Part shown: positions 41,801-54,500 of the stretch, one piece after another
How the letters are laid out: each line of letters starts with the position of its first letter
Position numbering within the stretch: position 1 is the stretch's first letter
Assembly: GCF_009914755.1 (NCBI RefSeq)
Contig: NC_060947.1
Length of the DNA: 64,000 nucleotides
From: the human T2T-CHM13v2.0 reference genome, Homo sapiens
Direction: 5' to 3' (one strand)
Position numbers and translations under genes: made by a program
The notes under the pieces: model-generated
What the model saw: only the letters and a program-made list of their open reading frames with translations
Database searches by the model: none
Told to the model about the DNA's origin: nothing

Positions 41801-43056
41801 AGGTAGATAACAGGACTGACAATGGAAGCAACTGTGGGTCCAGGACATTAGCTGATGAAGATGAGGCCATAGTGGGGTCCTGGTTCTGGGCAGGAGATGA
41901 GGCCCATTTTGAATCAAATCCTAGCCCCGTGTTCAGGGCCATTTGCAGGTCCACGTGTTCAGTTGAACAGGAGCCTGATCCTTCACGCAGGCCTCAGAGT
42001 TGGGAGGAGGTCACTGTTCAGTTCAAGCCTGGTCCATGGGGTAGGGTCGGCTTCCCATCTATAAGCCCCTTTAGATTTCCGAAAGAGGCAGCATCTTTAT
42101 TCTGTGAAATGTTTGGGGGCAAACCCAGGAACATGGTACTTAGCCCAGAAGGGGAAGATCAGGAATCTTTGCTTCAGCCTGATCAGCCTAGTCCTGAGTT
42201 CCCATTTCAGTATGATCCTTCCTACAGGTCAGTCCAGGAAATTCGAGAGCATCTTAGGGCCAAGGAGAGTACAGAGCCTGAGAGTTCATCCTGTAACTGC
42301 ATACAATGTGAGCTGAAAATTGGTTCTGAAGAGTTTGAAGAACTCCTTTTATTAATGGAAAAAATTCGGGATCCTTTTATTCATGAAATATCTAAAATCG
42401 CAATGGGTATGAGAAGTGCTTCTCAATTTACCCGAGATTTCATTCGAGATTCAGGTGTTGTCTCACTTATTGAAACCTTGCTTAATTATCCGTCCTCCCG
42501 AGTTAGAACAAGTTTTTTGGAAAATATGATTCGCATGGCCCCACCTTATCCGAATCTAAACATAATTCAGACATACATATGTAAAGTGTGTGAGGAAACC
42601 CTTGCTTATAGCGTGGATTCCCCGGAACAGCTGTCTGGAATAAGGATGATTAGACATCTCACTACTACTACTGACTATCACACACTGGTTGCCAATTATA
42701 TGTCTGGGTTTCTCTCCTTATTAGCTACAGGCAATGCCAAAACAAGGTTTCATGTTTTGAAAATGCTACTGAATTTGTCTGAAAATCTTTTCATGACAAA
42801 AGAACTACTCAGTGCTGAAGCAGTGTCAGAATTTATAGGCCTCTTTAACAGGGAAGAGACAAATGACAATATTCAAATTGTTCTTGCAATATTTGAGAAT
42901 ATTGGCAACAATATCAAAAAAGAAACAGTGTTCTCTGATGATGATTTCAATATTGAGCCGCTTATTTCTGCATTCCACAAAGTTGAGAAATTTGCTAAGG
43001 AACTGCAAGGCAAAACAGACAATCAAAATGACCCTGAAGGGGACCAAGAAAATTAG
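38869..43056 (+). CDS. GPRASP1: G protein-coupled receptor-associated sorting protein 1 (GASP-1), 1395 aa, intronless CDS
   Basis: Uninterrupted 1395-aa ORF starting [17 protein letters not shown], with more than 20 EEExxxGSWFW GASP motifs and a C-terminal armadillo-like domain ([13 protein letters not shown]...[19 protein letters not shown]) shared with ARMCX/GPRASP proteins. Confidence 0.98.
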   Translation: MTGAEIESGAQVKPEKKPGEEVVGGAEIENDVPLVVRPKVRTQAQIMPGARPKNKSKVMPGASTKVETSAVGGARPKSKAKAIPVSRFKEEAQMWAQPRFGAERLSKTERNSQTNIIASPLVSTDSVLVAKTKYLSEDRELVNTDTESFPRRKAHYQAGFQPSFRSKEETNMGSWCCPRPTSKQEASPNSDFKWVDKSVSSLFWSGDEVTAKFHPGNRVKDSNRSMHMANQEANTMSRSQTNQELYIASSSGSEDESVKTPWFWARDKTNTWSGPREDPNSRSRFRSKKEVYVESSSGSEHEDHLESWFGAGKEAKFRSKMRAGKEANNRARHRAKREACIDFMPGSIDVIKKESCFWPEENANTFSRPMIKKEARARAMTKEEAKTKARARAKQEARSEEEALIGTWFWATDESSMADEASIESSLQVEDESIIGSWFWTEEEASMGTGASSKSRPRTDGERIGDSLFGAREKTSMKTGAEATSESILAADDEQVIIGSWFWAGEEVNQEAEEETIFGSWFWVIDAASVESGVGVSCESRTRSEEEEVIGPWFWSGEQVDIEAGIGEEARPGAEEETIFGSWFWAENQTYMDCRAETSCDTMQGAEEEEPIIGSWFWTRVEACVEGDVNSKSSLEDKEEAMIPCFGAKEEVSMKHGTGVRCRFMAGAEETNNKSCFWAEKEPCMYPAGGGSWKSRPEEEEDIVNSWFWSRKYTKPEAIIGSWLWATEESNIDGTGEKAKLLTEEETIINSWFWKEDEAISEATDREESRPEAEEGDIIGSWFWAGEEDRLEPAAETREEDRLAAEKEGIVGSWFGAREETIRREAGSCSKSSPKAEEEEVIIGSWFWEEEASPEAVAGVGFESKPGTEEEEITVGSWFWPEEEASIQAGSQAVEEMESETEEETIFGSWFWDGKEVSEEAGPCCVSKPEDDEEMIVESWFWSRDKAIKETGTVATCESKPENEEGAIVGSWFEAEDEVDNRTDNGSNCGSRTLADEDEAIVGSWFWAGDEAHFESNPSPVFRAICRSTCSVEQEPDPSRRPQSWEEVTVQFKPGPWGRVGFPSISPFRFPKEAASLFCEMFGGKPRNMVLSPEGEDQESLLQPDQPSPEFPFQYDPSYRSVQEIREHLRAKESTEPESSSCNCIQCELKIGSEEFEELLLLMEKIRDPFIHEISKIAMGMRSASQFTRDFIRDSGVVSLIETLLNYPSSRVRTSFLENMIRMAPPYPNLNIIQTYICKVCEETLAYSVDSPEQLSGIRMIRHLTTTTDYHTLVANYMSGFLSLLATGNAKTRFHVLKMLLNLSENLFMTKELLSAEAVSEFIGLFNREETNDNIQIVLAIFENIGNNIKKETVFSDDDFNIEPLISAFHKVEKFAKELQGKTDNQNDPEGDQEN
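39640..41905 (+). repeat. Degenerate coding tandem array of GASP motifs
   Basis: Recurrent (g)ggtcctggttctgg DNA core encoding GSWFW in an acidic context. Confidence 0.9.
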
Positions 43057-43382
43057 TAATGGTTAATTGCTGGCCTCAGATTGTCCTTATGTTCCTGAGT
43101 TATGATCCTTGAGTAATGCTTTGATTTTAATAGTTGGTTCTGTGTTGCAACATATATCTTTAGTGCTGACACTAACTTTGTCCAACTCTGTCTGTAAGCT
43201 GGAGCATTTTTCTGATGCCAGCTGAATATTAGAGCTGAAAACACATTTGTTGATATTTGTCTTGTCCACATTGTGATGTTCAGTATTTGAGCTTATAGTG
43301 AACTGAGCAATCATAAATAAGCCACCCTTCTGATTGTCGTTCTACTGTATATATATATATATTTGAGTGTTGTTTGTGTTTC

Positions 43383-43388
43383 AATAAA
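43383..43388 (+). terminator. GPRASP1: Polyadenylation signal of GPRASP1
   Basis: AATAAA about 330 nt after the stop, preceded by (TA)n and GT-rich sequence. Confidence 0.8.
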
Positions 43389-44689
43389 GTCCTATGTTAA
43401 AGTTGGCAGAAATCACCCTTCTTCTTGAAATTAAAATACAGACCCAATGATAACACATGAACACACATAGAGATAATTAATATATGAATAATATGTTCCT
43501 TTCAAAAGTTTTTTTCTCAGCTTTAAACGCAAAAATTACCAGGGGCTGCTATGTAGGGCATACTTCAGAGAAAAAGTAGCTACTTCGGTTGGACTCTGAA
43601 GTTTGGGAAAGATATTGGTGGTGTAAAAAAAAAAAAAAGCATGGAGTTAGGAAAAATTTTCCTATGGGAGTGAGGTATCCTGTTTGCCTAGAGTGAGTGA
43701 GAGGAATATATTGAGCAACATAGAGGATGACATAAGTTTTAAAGAGCTGAGGATTTGCATTTTACAGCTCAAAGTACAACTGCTGCTTCCATACTACCTA
43801 AAGGGCAAAAGAATAAGACAGGAAAGCATAGGGATTTGATTGAGTCAGGAAGACAATTTAATCATGATGGTACCATGGTAAGTGTTAAGGCAACATCATA
43901 CAGCCATTAAACATGATGATGTATAGGGTTTTAGGAAAAGCCCTGACATTTTTGATATTTCATATAATAGAGAACACTGGTGTCATACATGGGAAGTATG
44001 ATCCCATTTGAAAAATAAATGTGAATAAATTGACCAAACTCATGTGAAGTGTATATTATTTAATAATAGAAAATTCTACAATGATATAAAATGTATCAAA
44101 GGAATGAAGAGGTAAGAGAGACTACAATTTCAGAAGAACTGGCTTGTCAATTAAAAATGAAAAATTAAAAATTATTTAAAGGACCAAACTGTAAAATTAC
44201 CAAAGTTCCTGAGTTCATCCCACATGTATTTTTACATTTAAAAAGGTTGGAACATATATGTTCAGACAGTAGCAAGAGACAGGGATAAAGTCGGTTTGGG
44301 GAGAGAGTCCAGGATAACAGGAAATATGCAAAGTTTTATTTTCTCAGGAAAAAAAAATAGATACAGTGACCCTTTTACATTTGGTTTGCCTCAGGATGCA
44401 AAGGCTTTTTCCCACCTGATCTTATTTCTCATTACTTCCTATTTCTGGTTCATTATAAATGATATAAATTAAATTCCAATATGATGTTAGTTTGCTAAGG
44501 TTTACGAAAGCAGGGCAAAGTGGCAGTTTTGCCTCCCTTCACAAATCAAAAATTTTAACAGGGATCATCCTGGTGGTGCAAATTGGAGTTTGAATGTTTG
44601 TTTTGCTTACCAGCATTTTTCAAGACAGATCTTGCGTGTGTTTTAGTATGTCGCTCTAGTCGTATACAAAATATCACAAATCACTTCAT

Positions 44690-45360
44690 CTCCCCAATCC
44701 TCATCGAATGTTCCTCGCCAGCCCAGTGGTCCTCCAGAGCAAAGCCCGGCCTTCCTTCCAGCTGTCTGGGCCAGGAGCTTGAGGGTCTTCTAGCAAGCAC
44801 CCCGGAGGCTGTCTTCTGACTGTCATGCAGGGCTGTGGCAAACTAGCTGACTGCGCAGTCACGTGGAGGGGGGAGGGGCTGACGGTGGGTCATGTGACCA
44901 GGCTCTGGGTTGAGCCGGCCTAGAGGAGTGTTTTCTTACACCCAGAAAGTACAGGAAAGGCAGACGACAACTGTGCTCCGCAGAGCGGGAGGTGGGGGGA
45001 ACGGCGGAATATTAAGGTGGGTAGGTGTCTCTCCATGCTTCATCAGCCTGAAAACTAATTTCTCAGGCGACCGGAATTACAGCATTTCTTGGTAGAGGAA
45101 ACTATCCCTCAGCCAACCGCTAGCGGTCTTAGACGGTCTGTCTTTTGTCCAGGAGCTCAAGAAGCAGAGACTCTACCTGCCCTAGGCGTTCGTGAAGAGA
45201 AGCAGCTGTTGCTATTGGAGGAGGTGGGTGCAAGGACGGCAGATGCCATCCCTGAGAGGCGGTGACTGAGACTAGATGCGGGTACAGGTAGTGCCTCGGA
45301 TCCCCGGGCTGCCTCCTGCCTTTTGAACATCCCAGGGGTCCCAACCCAGCGCCCTGTGTT
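44690..45360 (+). promoter_or_regulatory. Second CpG-enriched promoter-like region
   Basis: Locally retained CpGs; E-boxes gtcacgtg (44858-44865) and ggtcatgtgacc (44888-44899); palindrome tgactgcgcagtca (44848-44861). Confidence 0.55.
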
Positions 45361-45637
45361 TCTATGTGTGGGTGGGAGAGGTGGGCATATGGATGGAGTT
45401 GGCTTCAGGGGAGCCCAGAGAGGGGAAATGGTGAAGTGACAATTCGTGAACACGTGTGGTGCTGGATCAGGAAAGGTAAGGGTGGGGATGGGAACCATGG
45501 ACTATGCTACTGCTGTCTTCCTCCCACCAAGTAGGCACTCACTCTGCTCTCTGTCTGTCTGTTTACTGGCAGTATTCAGGCAGTGGGGATGGCTGATACC
45601 AGCTCAAAACTGGCGGAGGGTGGAGGAGGGCAGAAGA

Positions 45638-47240
45638 GAACACATACATCTGCCTTTTGCTCCAAGGCTCCAGCTGGCTGGGGATGCAAGAGAGGAATGA
45701 ACCTCAATCCAGGCAGTTCTAGGAAAAGAAGGAGGAGACATAGACTCGAGGGGAGGAAACCTAGATGCTGTGGGCCCTTCACTTAGGATTTCTCATTAGG
45801 ATACTCCAAGCTTCTCGACCCCCAAGGGGATTCCTGGATCTCAGCCCCATGCAGCAGGATCTCATTCCCATTGAGGGACACAAAGTGGGTTGCTGCTCCA
45901 TGTGATGCTCTCTCTCCCTGCTGTCTTGGGCCTTAGAGGAGGGTCTGGGGACCACCTACAGAAACTGCTTCATGGATAGTCTCATAGGTTCCCCTCTGCA
46001 TACCCTTTGCTCTCTTGTGTTGTGATCTCTGCTCATTCCTTAGGACGTGTTTCTTTGGTCCCATTCCAGGTAGCAGCCCCATGGTAAGTCCTTCTCCTCT
46101 TTCACATTGAGTATTCTCCTTTCCCCCTGCCCCATGCATCCACTGGGTACCAAGTGAAAGAAAATGGTTCCTCTACCCACAATACTTCTGGGATAGAATG
46201 TGTGGATTTTTCACACCAAGCAATTCTTTTATTCTTTGAGGACACCAGCTAGGTATCCTACAATTTAATTCAATTCTGACACTACCCAGAGTTAGTGCAG
46301 ACTTCTCTGGTTAAGGGCTCATTCCCATAAGACTGCCCTCCCCCACTTCAGACAACAGTCACAAGTAATGGATCTCCATGTCACCCACACTTCTGTCTGA
46401 CTTAGCTACTAGTTGGGAGTTCTCACAACCCCCTCCTCAGGTTCAATAATTTGCTATAAGGGCCCACAGAACTCAGGGAAATGCTACTTCCTATTATTGG
46501 TTCATTATAAAGAATATAAATTAAAAGCCAGATGAAGAGGTACATATGGCAAGGTCCAGAAGGGTCCCAAATGCAGAAGCTGCCATCCATGTGGATTTGG
46601 GGTACACCACCTTCCCAGAATATGAATGAGTTCACCAACCTGGAAAATCTCAGACAGTTAGGGTTTTTGTAGAGGTTTCATTGCATAGATATGATTGATG
46701 AAATCATTGACCATTGGTGATTAGCTCAATCTCCAGCCCCTGTCCTCTCCTTGGAGGTCAAGGGGTGAGGCTGAAAGTTCCAACCCTCTAATCATGTCTT
46801 AGTGGGGGAGGGGGAACATGGACATCCACCTTTTGCTCCAAGGCTCTAGCTGGCTGGGAATCCAAGGGAGGAATGAACCTCAATTTTCAGCTCTAGGGAA
46901 GAAAGGAGGAAACAGAGACTCAAGAGGAGGGAACCTAAATGCTTTGGGTTCTTCACATAGGAATTTTCATTGCGATACTCTATGTTTCTCAACCCCCAAG
47001 TAGATTTCTGGATCTCAGCCTCAGGCAGCAGCATCCTGAGGATCTGCCCTGGATATGAGGTCCTGAAAGGACCCAGTCTCAAACTGTGCTCTCAACAGTT
47101 CGTTTTCATCTAATGACAAGGGTTGCTGCTCCATCTGATGCCCCCTCCTCCTAAAGTCCAGGGCCTCAGAAGAGGGTCTTTCTGAGAACCACCTACAGAG
47201 ACTGTCTTACAGATTCCCCTCTGTAGACCCTTTGCTGTCT
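45638..47240 (+). repeat. Diverged direct duplication (45638-46016 and 46814-47240)
   Basis: Both copies contain ccttttgctccaaggctc(c/t)agctggctggga...gaggaatgaacctcaat...ctggatctcagcc...gggttgctgctccat...accacctacaga...ccctttgct. Confidence 0.9.
46150..46800 (-). mobile_element. MER21-family ERV LTR
   Basis: caattctgacactacccagagttagtgcagac...ggctgaaagttccaaccctctaatca; orientation uncertain. Confidence 0.7.
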
Positions 47241-47399
47241 TCCTTGTTTCAGTTTTATAGCCAATGCTTTAGACTTGGTGATTTGCACCTATTCTTGGTG
47301 ACATCTCCTAGTTGGTGTTGAAGCCTTTGGTCATAGCTCAGGTCTATGAGATAGCCACATGATACCAAATTCTTTTAGGATAATATATTAGAAAAAATA

Positions 47400-48520
47400 A
47401 ATTATATTGGTCCTATTAACCTCTATATTTGTTGCATTTTACAGATTTGAAGCCAACTCATAAATGTCTTCCACATTATTTTTTACAGCTGCATAGTACT
47501 TTATTGTGTCACTACCATAATTTATTTACTCACTTTCCTATGAGTGGACATTTGTTTCTAATATTAAGCTGGTACAAATAATACTGGAAGGAATAACCTT
47601 GTGAAAATATACAGTATTTTTGTATGTTTGGACGTGTATCTTCACAGATTCCTAGATCTGGTGCTGGTAGGTCAAATAATAAGTGCATGTGCGTAGTTTT
47701 ATTAGGTATTCTCAAATTTCCCTGGAAAGGGGTACTATAAGTATTTACTGCCACCAGCAATATATGTGAGTATCTGTTTTACTACATCCTTGTTAATCAG
47801 TTTCTTATTATTCTTTTGACGTTTGTAGAGTATCTGATGATTTAACCTCTCTCATTCCTGATGTTACTAATTGTGTCTTCTCCTTCTCTCTCTTTTTAAA
47901 AATTTTTCTGCCTAGAGGGTTATCAATTTTATTGACCATCTCAATGAACTAGCGTTTAGTCTTATTGATTTTCTTTATTGTTTTACTGTTTTCTATTTCC
48001 TTGGTTTTTCCCTTCATATATATTATTTTTTTTGTTTACTTGGTGTTTAAGTTACTCTACTTTTTCTGGTCACTTAAACTAGAAACTGAGGCCATTGATT
48101 TGAGACCTTTCTTCTTTTCTAATATAGGGATTTTAGTACTGCAAATTCCCCTCTAATACTACTTTAACTATATCTCACAATTTTTGATGTGTTGTGTTTT
48201 CATTTTTCTTCAGTTTGAAATTACTTACTGATTTCTCTTTGAGTTTGTTCTTTGATGCAAGAGTTAGTTATTTAGATGTATGCTGTGTAGTTCTCAAGTA
48301 TTTGGGGACTTTTCCAGTTATTGATTTCTAATTTAATTACGTTGTAGCCAGAGAACATACTTCGTGTAACTTGAATCCTTTTAATTTACTGAGACTTCAT
48401 TTATGGTCCAGAATATGGTCTGCCTTGATAAATATTCTATGTGTACTTGAAGAGAATGTGTATTCTTCTGTTATTGTGTGAATTGTTCTATAAATGTCAA
48501 TAAGGCCCAGTTGGTTCAGA
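47400..48520 (-). mobile_element. Old L1M fragments
   Basis: Degenerate antisense L1 (ttttattgaccatctcaatgaactag, gagaatgtgtattct). Confidence 0.65.
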
Positions 48521-48523
48521 ATT

Positions 48524-51500
48524 ATTTTATTTTATTTTATTTTATTTTATTTTATTTTATTTTATTTTCTAAGTTCCAGGGTACATGTGCAGGATGTGCA
48601 GGTAGATGTGTGCCATGGTGGTTTGCTGCATCTATCAACCCATCACCTAGGTAAATTACATAGGTAAATGTGTGCCATGGTGGTTTGCTGCATCTATCAA
48701 CCCATCACCTCTAGCTATTAAGCCTGGCATGCATTAACTCATTTTCCTAATGCTCTCCCTGCTTGCTGCCCTCCCCCCACAGGCCCCAGCGTGTGTTGTT
48801 CCCGTCTCTGTGTCGATGTGTTCTCATTGTTCAGCTTCCACTTATAAGTGAGAACCTGCAGTGTTGGGTTTTCTGTCTCTGCATTAGTTTGCTGAGGATA
48901 ATGGCTTCCTGCTTCATCCATGTCACTGCAAAGGACATGATCTCATTCCTTTTTTATGGCTGCATAGTATTCCGTGGTGTACATGTACCACATTTTCTTT
49001 ATCCAGTCCATCACTGATGGGCATTTGGGTTGATTCCACATCTTTGCTATTGTGAATATTGCTGCAGTGAGCATACATGTGCATGCATCTTTATAATAGA
49101 ATGATTTATATTCCTTTGGGTATATACCCAATAATGGGATTGTTGGGTCAAATGGTATTTCTGATTCTAGGTCTTTGGGGAATCGCCTCACTGTCTTCCA
49201 CAATGCTTGAACTAATTTACATTCCCAACAACAGTGTAAAAGCATCCCTATTCTTCTGCAACCTCACCAGGATCTGTTGTTTCTTGACTTATTAATAATC
49301 GCCAGTTTGACTGGTATGAGATGGTATCTCATTGTGATTTTGATTGCATTTCTCTAATGATCAGTGATGTTGAGCTTTTTTTTCATATGTGTTTTTGGCC
49401 GCATTTATGTCTTCTTTTGAAAATTGTTCATTTCTTTTGCCCACTTTTTAATGGGGTTGTTTAGTTTTTTCTTGTAAATTTAAGTTTCTTGTAGATTCTG
49501 GATATTAGACCTTTGTCAGATGGACAGACTGTAAAAGTCTTCTCCCATTCTGTAGGTTGTCTGTTCATTCTGATGATGGTTTATTTTGCTGTGCAGAAGC
49601 TCTTTAGTTTTATTAGATCCCATTTGTCAATTTTTGCTTTTGTTGCAGTTGCTTTTGACATTTTTGTCATGAAATCTTTGCCCATCCCTACATCCTGAAT
49701 GGTATTGCCCAGATTTTCTTCTACAGTTTTTATAGTTTTGGGTTTTACATTTAAGTCTTTAATCCATTTTGAGTTAATTTTTGTATATGGTGTAAGGAAG
49801 GGGTCCATTTTCAATTTTTGGCATATGGCTAGCCAGTTCTGCCAGCACCATTTGTTAAATAGGGAATCCTTTCCTCATTGCTTGTTTTTGTCAGGTTTGT
49901 CAAAGATCAGATGGTTGTAGATGTGCAGTTTTATTTCTGAGTTCTGTATTCTGTTCCATTGGTCTATGTGCCTGTTTTTGTGCCAGTACCATGCTGTTTT
50001 GGTTACTGTAGTACTGTAGCCTTATAGTATAGTTTGAAGTCAGGTAGCGTGATGCCTCTAGCATTGTTCTTTTTACTTAGGACTTTCCCGGCTACACGAG
50101 CTCTTTTTTGCTTCCATGTGAATTTTAAAATTGTTTCTTCTAATTCTGTGAAGAATGCCAATGGTAGTTTAATGGGAATAGCACTGAATCTATAAATCAC
50201 TTTGGGCAGTATGGCCATTTTCACAATATTGATTCTTCCTATCCATGAGTATAGAATGTTTTTCCATCTGCTCATTTCCTCTCTGATTTCCTTGAGCAGT
50301 AGTTTGTAGTTCTCCTCGAAGCGGTCCTTCACTTCCCTTGTTAGCTTTATTCCTAGGTATTTTCTTCTCTTTGTGGCAATTGAAAATGGGAGTTCATTCA
50401 TGATTTGGCTCTCTGCTTGTTTGCTGTTTGTATATATGAATGTTTGTGATTTCTGCACATTGATTTTTTATCCTGAGACTTTGCTGAAGGTGCTTATCAG
50501 CTTAAGAAGATTTTGGGCTCTATTGATAGGGTTTTCTAGGTATAGGATCATGTTATCTGTATACAAGGACAATTTGACTTCCTCTCTTCGTATTCGAATA
50601 TGCTTTATTACTTTCTCTTGCCTGATTGCCCTGGCCAGAACTTCTAATACTATGTCTAATAGAAGTGGTGAGAGAGGGTATTCTTGTCTTGTTCTGGTTT
50701 TCAAGAGAAATGCTTCCAGCTTTTGCCCATTCAGTATGATATTGGTTGTGGGTTTGTCATAAATGGCTCTTATTATTTTGAGGTATGTTCCTTCAATACC
50801 TAGTTTGTTGAGAGTTTTTAACATGAAGGGATGTTGAATTTTATCGAAGGCCTTTTCCGCATCTATTGAGATAATCGTGTTTTTTTCTCTTTAGTTCTGT
50901 TTATGTGATGAATTACATTTATTGATTTGCATATGGATTCGGTTTGTTAGTATTTTACTGAGGATTTTTGCATGTATGTTCATCAGGGATATTGGCTCGA
51001 AGTTTTCTTTTCTTGTTGCATCTCTGCCAGGTTTTGGTATCGGGAGGATGCTGGCCTCATAAAATGAATTAGGGAGGAGTCCCTCCTTTTCAGTTGTTTG
51101 GAATAGTTTCAGAAGAAATAGTACCAGCTCCGCTTTGTAACTCTGGTAGAATTCAGCTGTAAATCCATCTGGTCCTGAGATTTTTTTTCGTTGGTGGGCT
51201 GTTTATTACTACCTCAATTTCAGAACTTGTTATTGGTCTGCTCAGGGATTCAACTTCTTGCTGGTTCAGTCTTGGAAGGCTGTATATCTCCAGGAATTTA
51301 TCCATTTCTTCTAGATTTTCTAGTTTATTTGCATAGAGGTGTTTATAGTATTCTCCGGTGGGGTTTTTTTTTGTATTTCTGTGGGGTCAGTGGTGGTATC
51401 CCCCTTATCATTTCTGATTGTGTTTATTTGAATCTTCTGTCTTTTCCTCTTTGTTAGTCTAGCTAGTGGTCTATTTTACTGACTTTTTTTTATAAATAAA

Positions 51501-54500
51501 AAACCAGCTCCTGGATTCATTGTGCAGTGGTGCATTCTCAGCTCACTGCAAGCTCCGCCTCCCGGGTTCACGCCATTCTGCCTCAGCCTCCTGAGTAGCT
51601 GGGACTACAGGCGCCCGCCACCACGCCCGGCTAATTTTTTTTGTATTTTTAGTAGAGATGGGGTTTCACTGTGTTAGCCAGGATGGTCTCAATCTCCTGA
51701 CCTCGTGATCCGCCCGCCTCAGCCTCCCAAAGTGCTGGGATTACAGGTGCGAGCCACCGTGCCTAGATTCATTGAATTTTTTAAGGGATTTTCATGTCTC
51801 TATCTCCTTCAGTTTTGCTCTCATCTTGGTTATTTCTTGTCTTCTGCTAGCTCTGGGGTTTGTTGGCTCTTTATTCTCTAGCCTTTTTGTTGTGATGTTA
51901 GGGTGTCGATTTGAAATCTTTCTAGCTTTTCGATGTGGGCATTCAGTGTTATACATTTTCCTCTTAACACTGCTTTAGCTGCATCTCAGATTCTGGTACA
52001 TTGTCCCTTTGTTCTCATTAGTTTCAAAAAACTTCTTGATTTCTGCCTTAATTTCATTATTTACCCAGGAGTCTTTCAGGAGCAGGTTGTTCAGTTTCCA
52101 TGTAGTTGTGTGGTTTTGAGTGGGTTTCAATTCACTCAACTCTTAATCTTGAGTGCTCTGTGGTCTGAGAGACTGTTATGATTTCAGTTGTTTTGCATTT
52201 GCTGAGGAGTGCTTTACTTCCAGTCATGTGATCAACTTTAGAGTGAGTGCCATGTGCTGCTGAGAAAAATGTATTTTCTGTTGTTTTTGGGTGGAGAGTT
52301 CTGTAGATACCTATCAGGTCCATTCGGTCCAGAACTGAGTTCAAGTCCTGAATATCTTTGCTAATTTTCTGTCTCAATGATCTGTCTTATACTGACAGCA
52401 GGGAATTAAAGTCTCCCACTGTTATTTTGTGGGGGTCTGAGTCTCTTTGTGGGTCTTTAAGAACTTGTTTTATGAATCTGGGTGCTCCTGTATTGGGCTC
52501 ATATATATTTAGGATAGCTAGCTCTTCTTGTTGAATTGAACCGTTTAATATTATGTAATGCCCTTCTTTGTCATTGTTGACCTTTGTTGGTTTAAAGTCT
52601 ATTTTGTCAGAAACTAGGATTCCCACCCCTGCTTTTTACTGCTTTCCATTTGCTTGGTATAATTTCCTCCATCCCTTTATTTCAAGCCTGTGTGTCTTTG
52701 CACATGATATGTTTCTCTTGAATACAGCATACTGATGCATCTTCTCTTTTTATCCAGCTTGCCATTCTATGTCTTTTAATTGGGGCATTTACCCCATTTA
52801 CGTTTAAGGGTAATATTGTTATGTGTGAATTTGGTCCTGTTATCATGATGCTGGTTGATTAATTTTGCAGACTTGTTACTGTAGTTGCTTCATAGTGTCG
52901 TTGGTACTTCAGTGTGTTTCTGTAGTGGCTGGTAATGGTTTTTCCTTTCCATGTTTAGTGATTCCTTTAGGAGCTCTTTCAAGGCAGGCCTGGTGGTGAG
53001 AAAATCCCTCAGCATTTGCTTGTCTGAAGAGGACTTTATTTTCCTTCGCTTATGTAGCTTAATTTGACCGGATATAAAATTCTGGGTTGGAAAATTTTTT
53101 TCTTTAAGAATGTTGACTATTGGCCCCCAATGTATTCTGGCTTGTAGGTTTTCCACTGAGATCTGCTGTTAGTCTGATGAGCTTCCCTTTGTAGGTGGCC
53201 TGGTCTTTCTCTCTGGCTGCCCTTATCATTTTTTCTGTCATTTTGACCTCGGAGAATCTGATGACTATGTGTCTTGGGGTTGATCTTCTTATGGAGTATC
53301 TTATTGGGGTTCTCTGGATTTTCTGAATTTGAATGTTGGCCTGTCTTGCTAAGTTGGGGAAGTTCTCCTGGTTGTTATTCTGAAGTATGTTTTCCAACTT
53401 GGTTCTATTCTCTCTGTCTCTTTCAGGTACTCCAATCAGTCATAGGTTTGGTCTTTTTACATAGTCCCATAGTTCTCGGAGGTTTTGTTCATTTCTTTTC
53501 TTGCTTTTTTCTCTAATCTTGTCTGTCTGCCTTATTTCAGCAAGATAGTCTTCAAGCTCTGATACTCTTTCTTCCACTTGCTCAATTTGGCTATTGATGC
53601 TTGTGTGTTGCTTGAAGTTCTAATGCTGTGTTTCTCAGCTTCATTAGGTCATTTATGTTTCTCTGTAAACTGGTTATTCTAGTTAACAGCTCCTGTAACC
53701 TTTTATCATGATTCTTAGCTTCTTTGTATTGGGTTATAACATAATCCTTTAGCTCAATGAAGTTTGTTATTACCCACATTCTGAAGCCTACTGCTGTCAG
53801 TTCATCCATCTCAGCCTCAGCCCAGTTCTGTGCACTTGCTGGAGAGGTGTTGCAATCATTTGGAGGAGAAGAGGCATTCTGCCTTTTGGAATTTTCAGCA
53901 GTTTGCCTTGGTTCTTCTTCATCTTCATGGATTTATCTACCTTTGCTCTTTGAGGCTGTTGACCTTTGTATGGGGTTTTTGTGTGGTCTTTTTTTGTTGA
54001 TGTTTTTGTTGTTGTTGCCTTCTGTTTGTTTGTTTTTCTTCCAGCAATCAGGTCCCTCTTCTGCAGGTCTGCTGCAGTTTGCTGGGGGTCCACTCCAGAC
54101 GTTGTTCACCTGGGTATCACCAGTGGAGCCTGCAGAACAGCAAAGATTGCTGCCTGTTCCTTCCTCTGGAAGCTTTGTCCCAGAGGGATACCGACCTGAT
54201 GCCAGCCAGAACTCTCCTGTATGAGGTGTCTGGCTACCCCTGTTGGGAGGTCTCACCCAGTCAGGAGGCATGGGATCAGGAGGAAGCTGTCTGGCTTCCG
54301 CTTAGTGGAGCTGGCGTGCTGTGCTTGGGGACTCCCCCTTGTCAGCAGGCAGGAAAGAGTAAGTCTGCTGAACCTGAGACCATGGCCACCCCTCTCTGAA
54401 GGTGCTCTTTCCCAGGGAGATGAGAGTTCTGTCTGTAAGCCCCTGGCTAGAGTTGCAGGAATTCCTGCAGGTAGGCCTTGCCCAATGAGGAGGGATGGAT

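Noticed and set aside
39741-41954. Long antisense ORFs (258, 283 and 137 aa) opposite GPRASP1
   Set aside because: Ser-rich shadow frames produced by the Glu-rich, repetitive sense codons; no independent evidence of coding.
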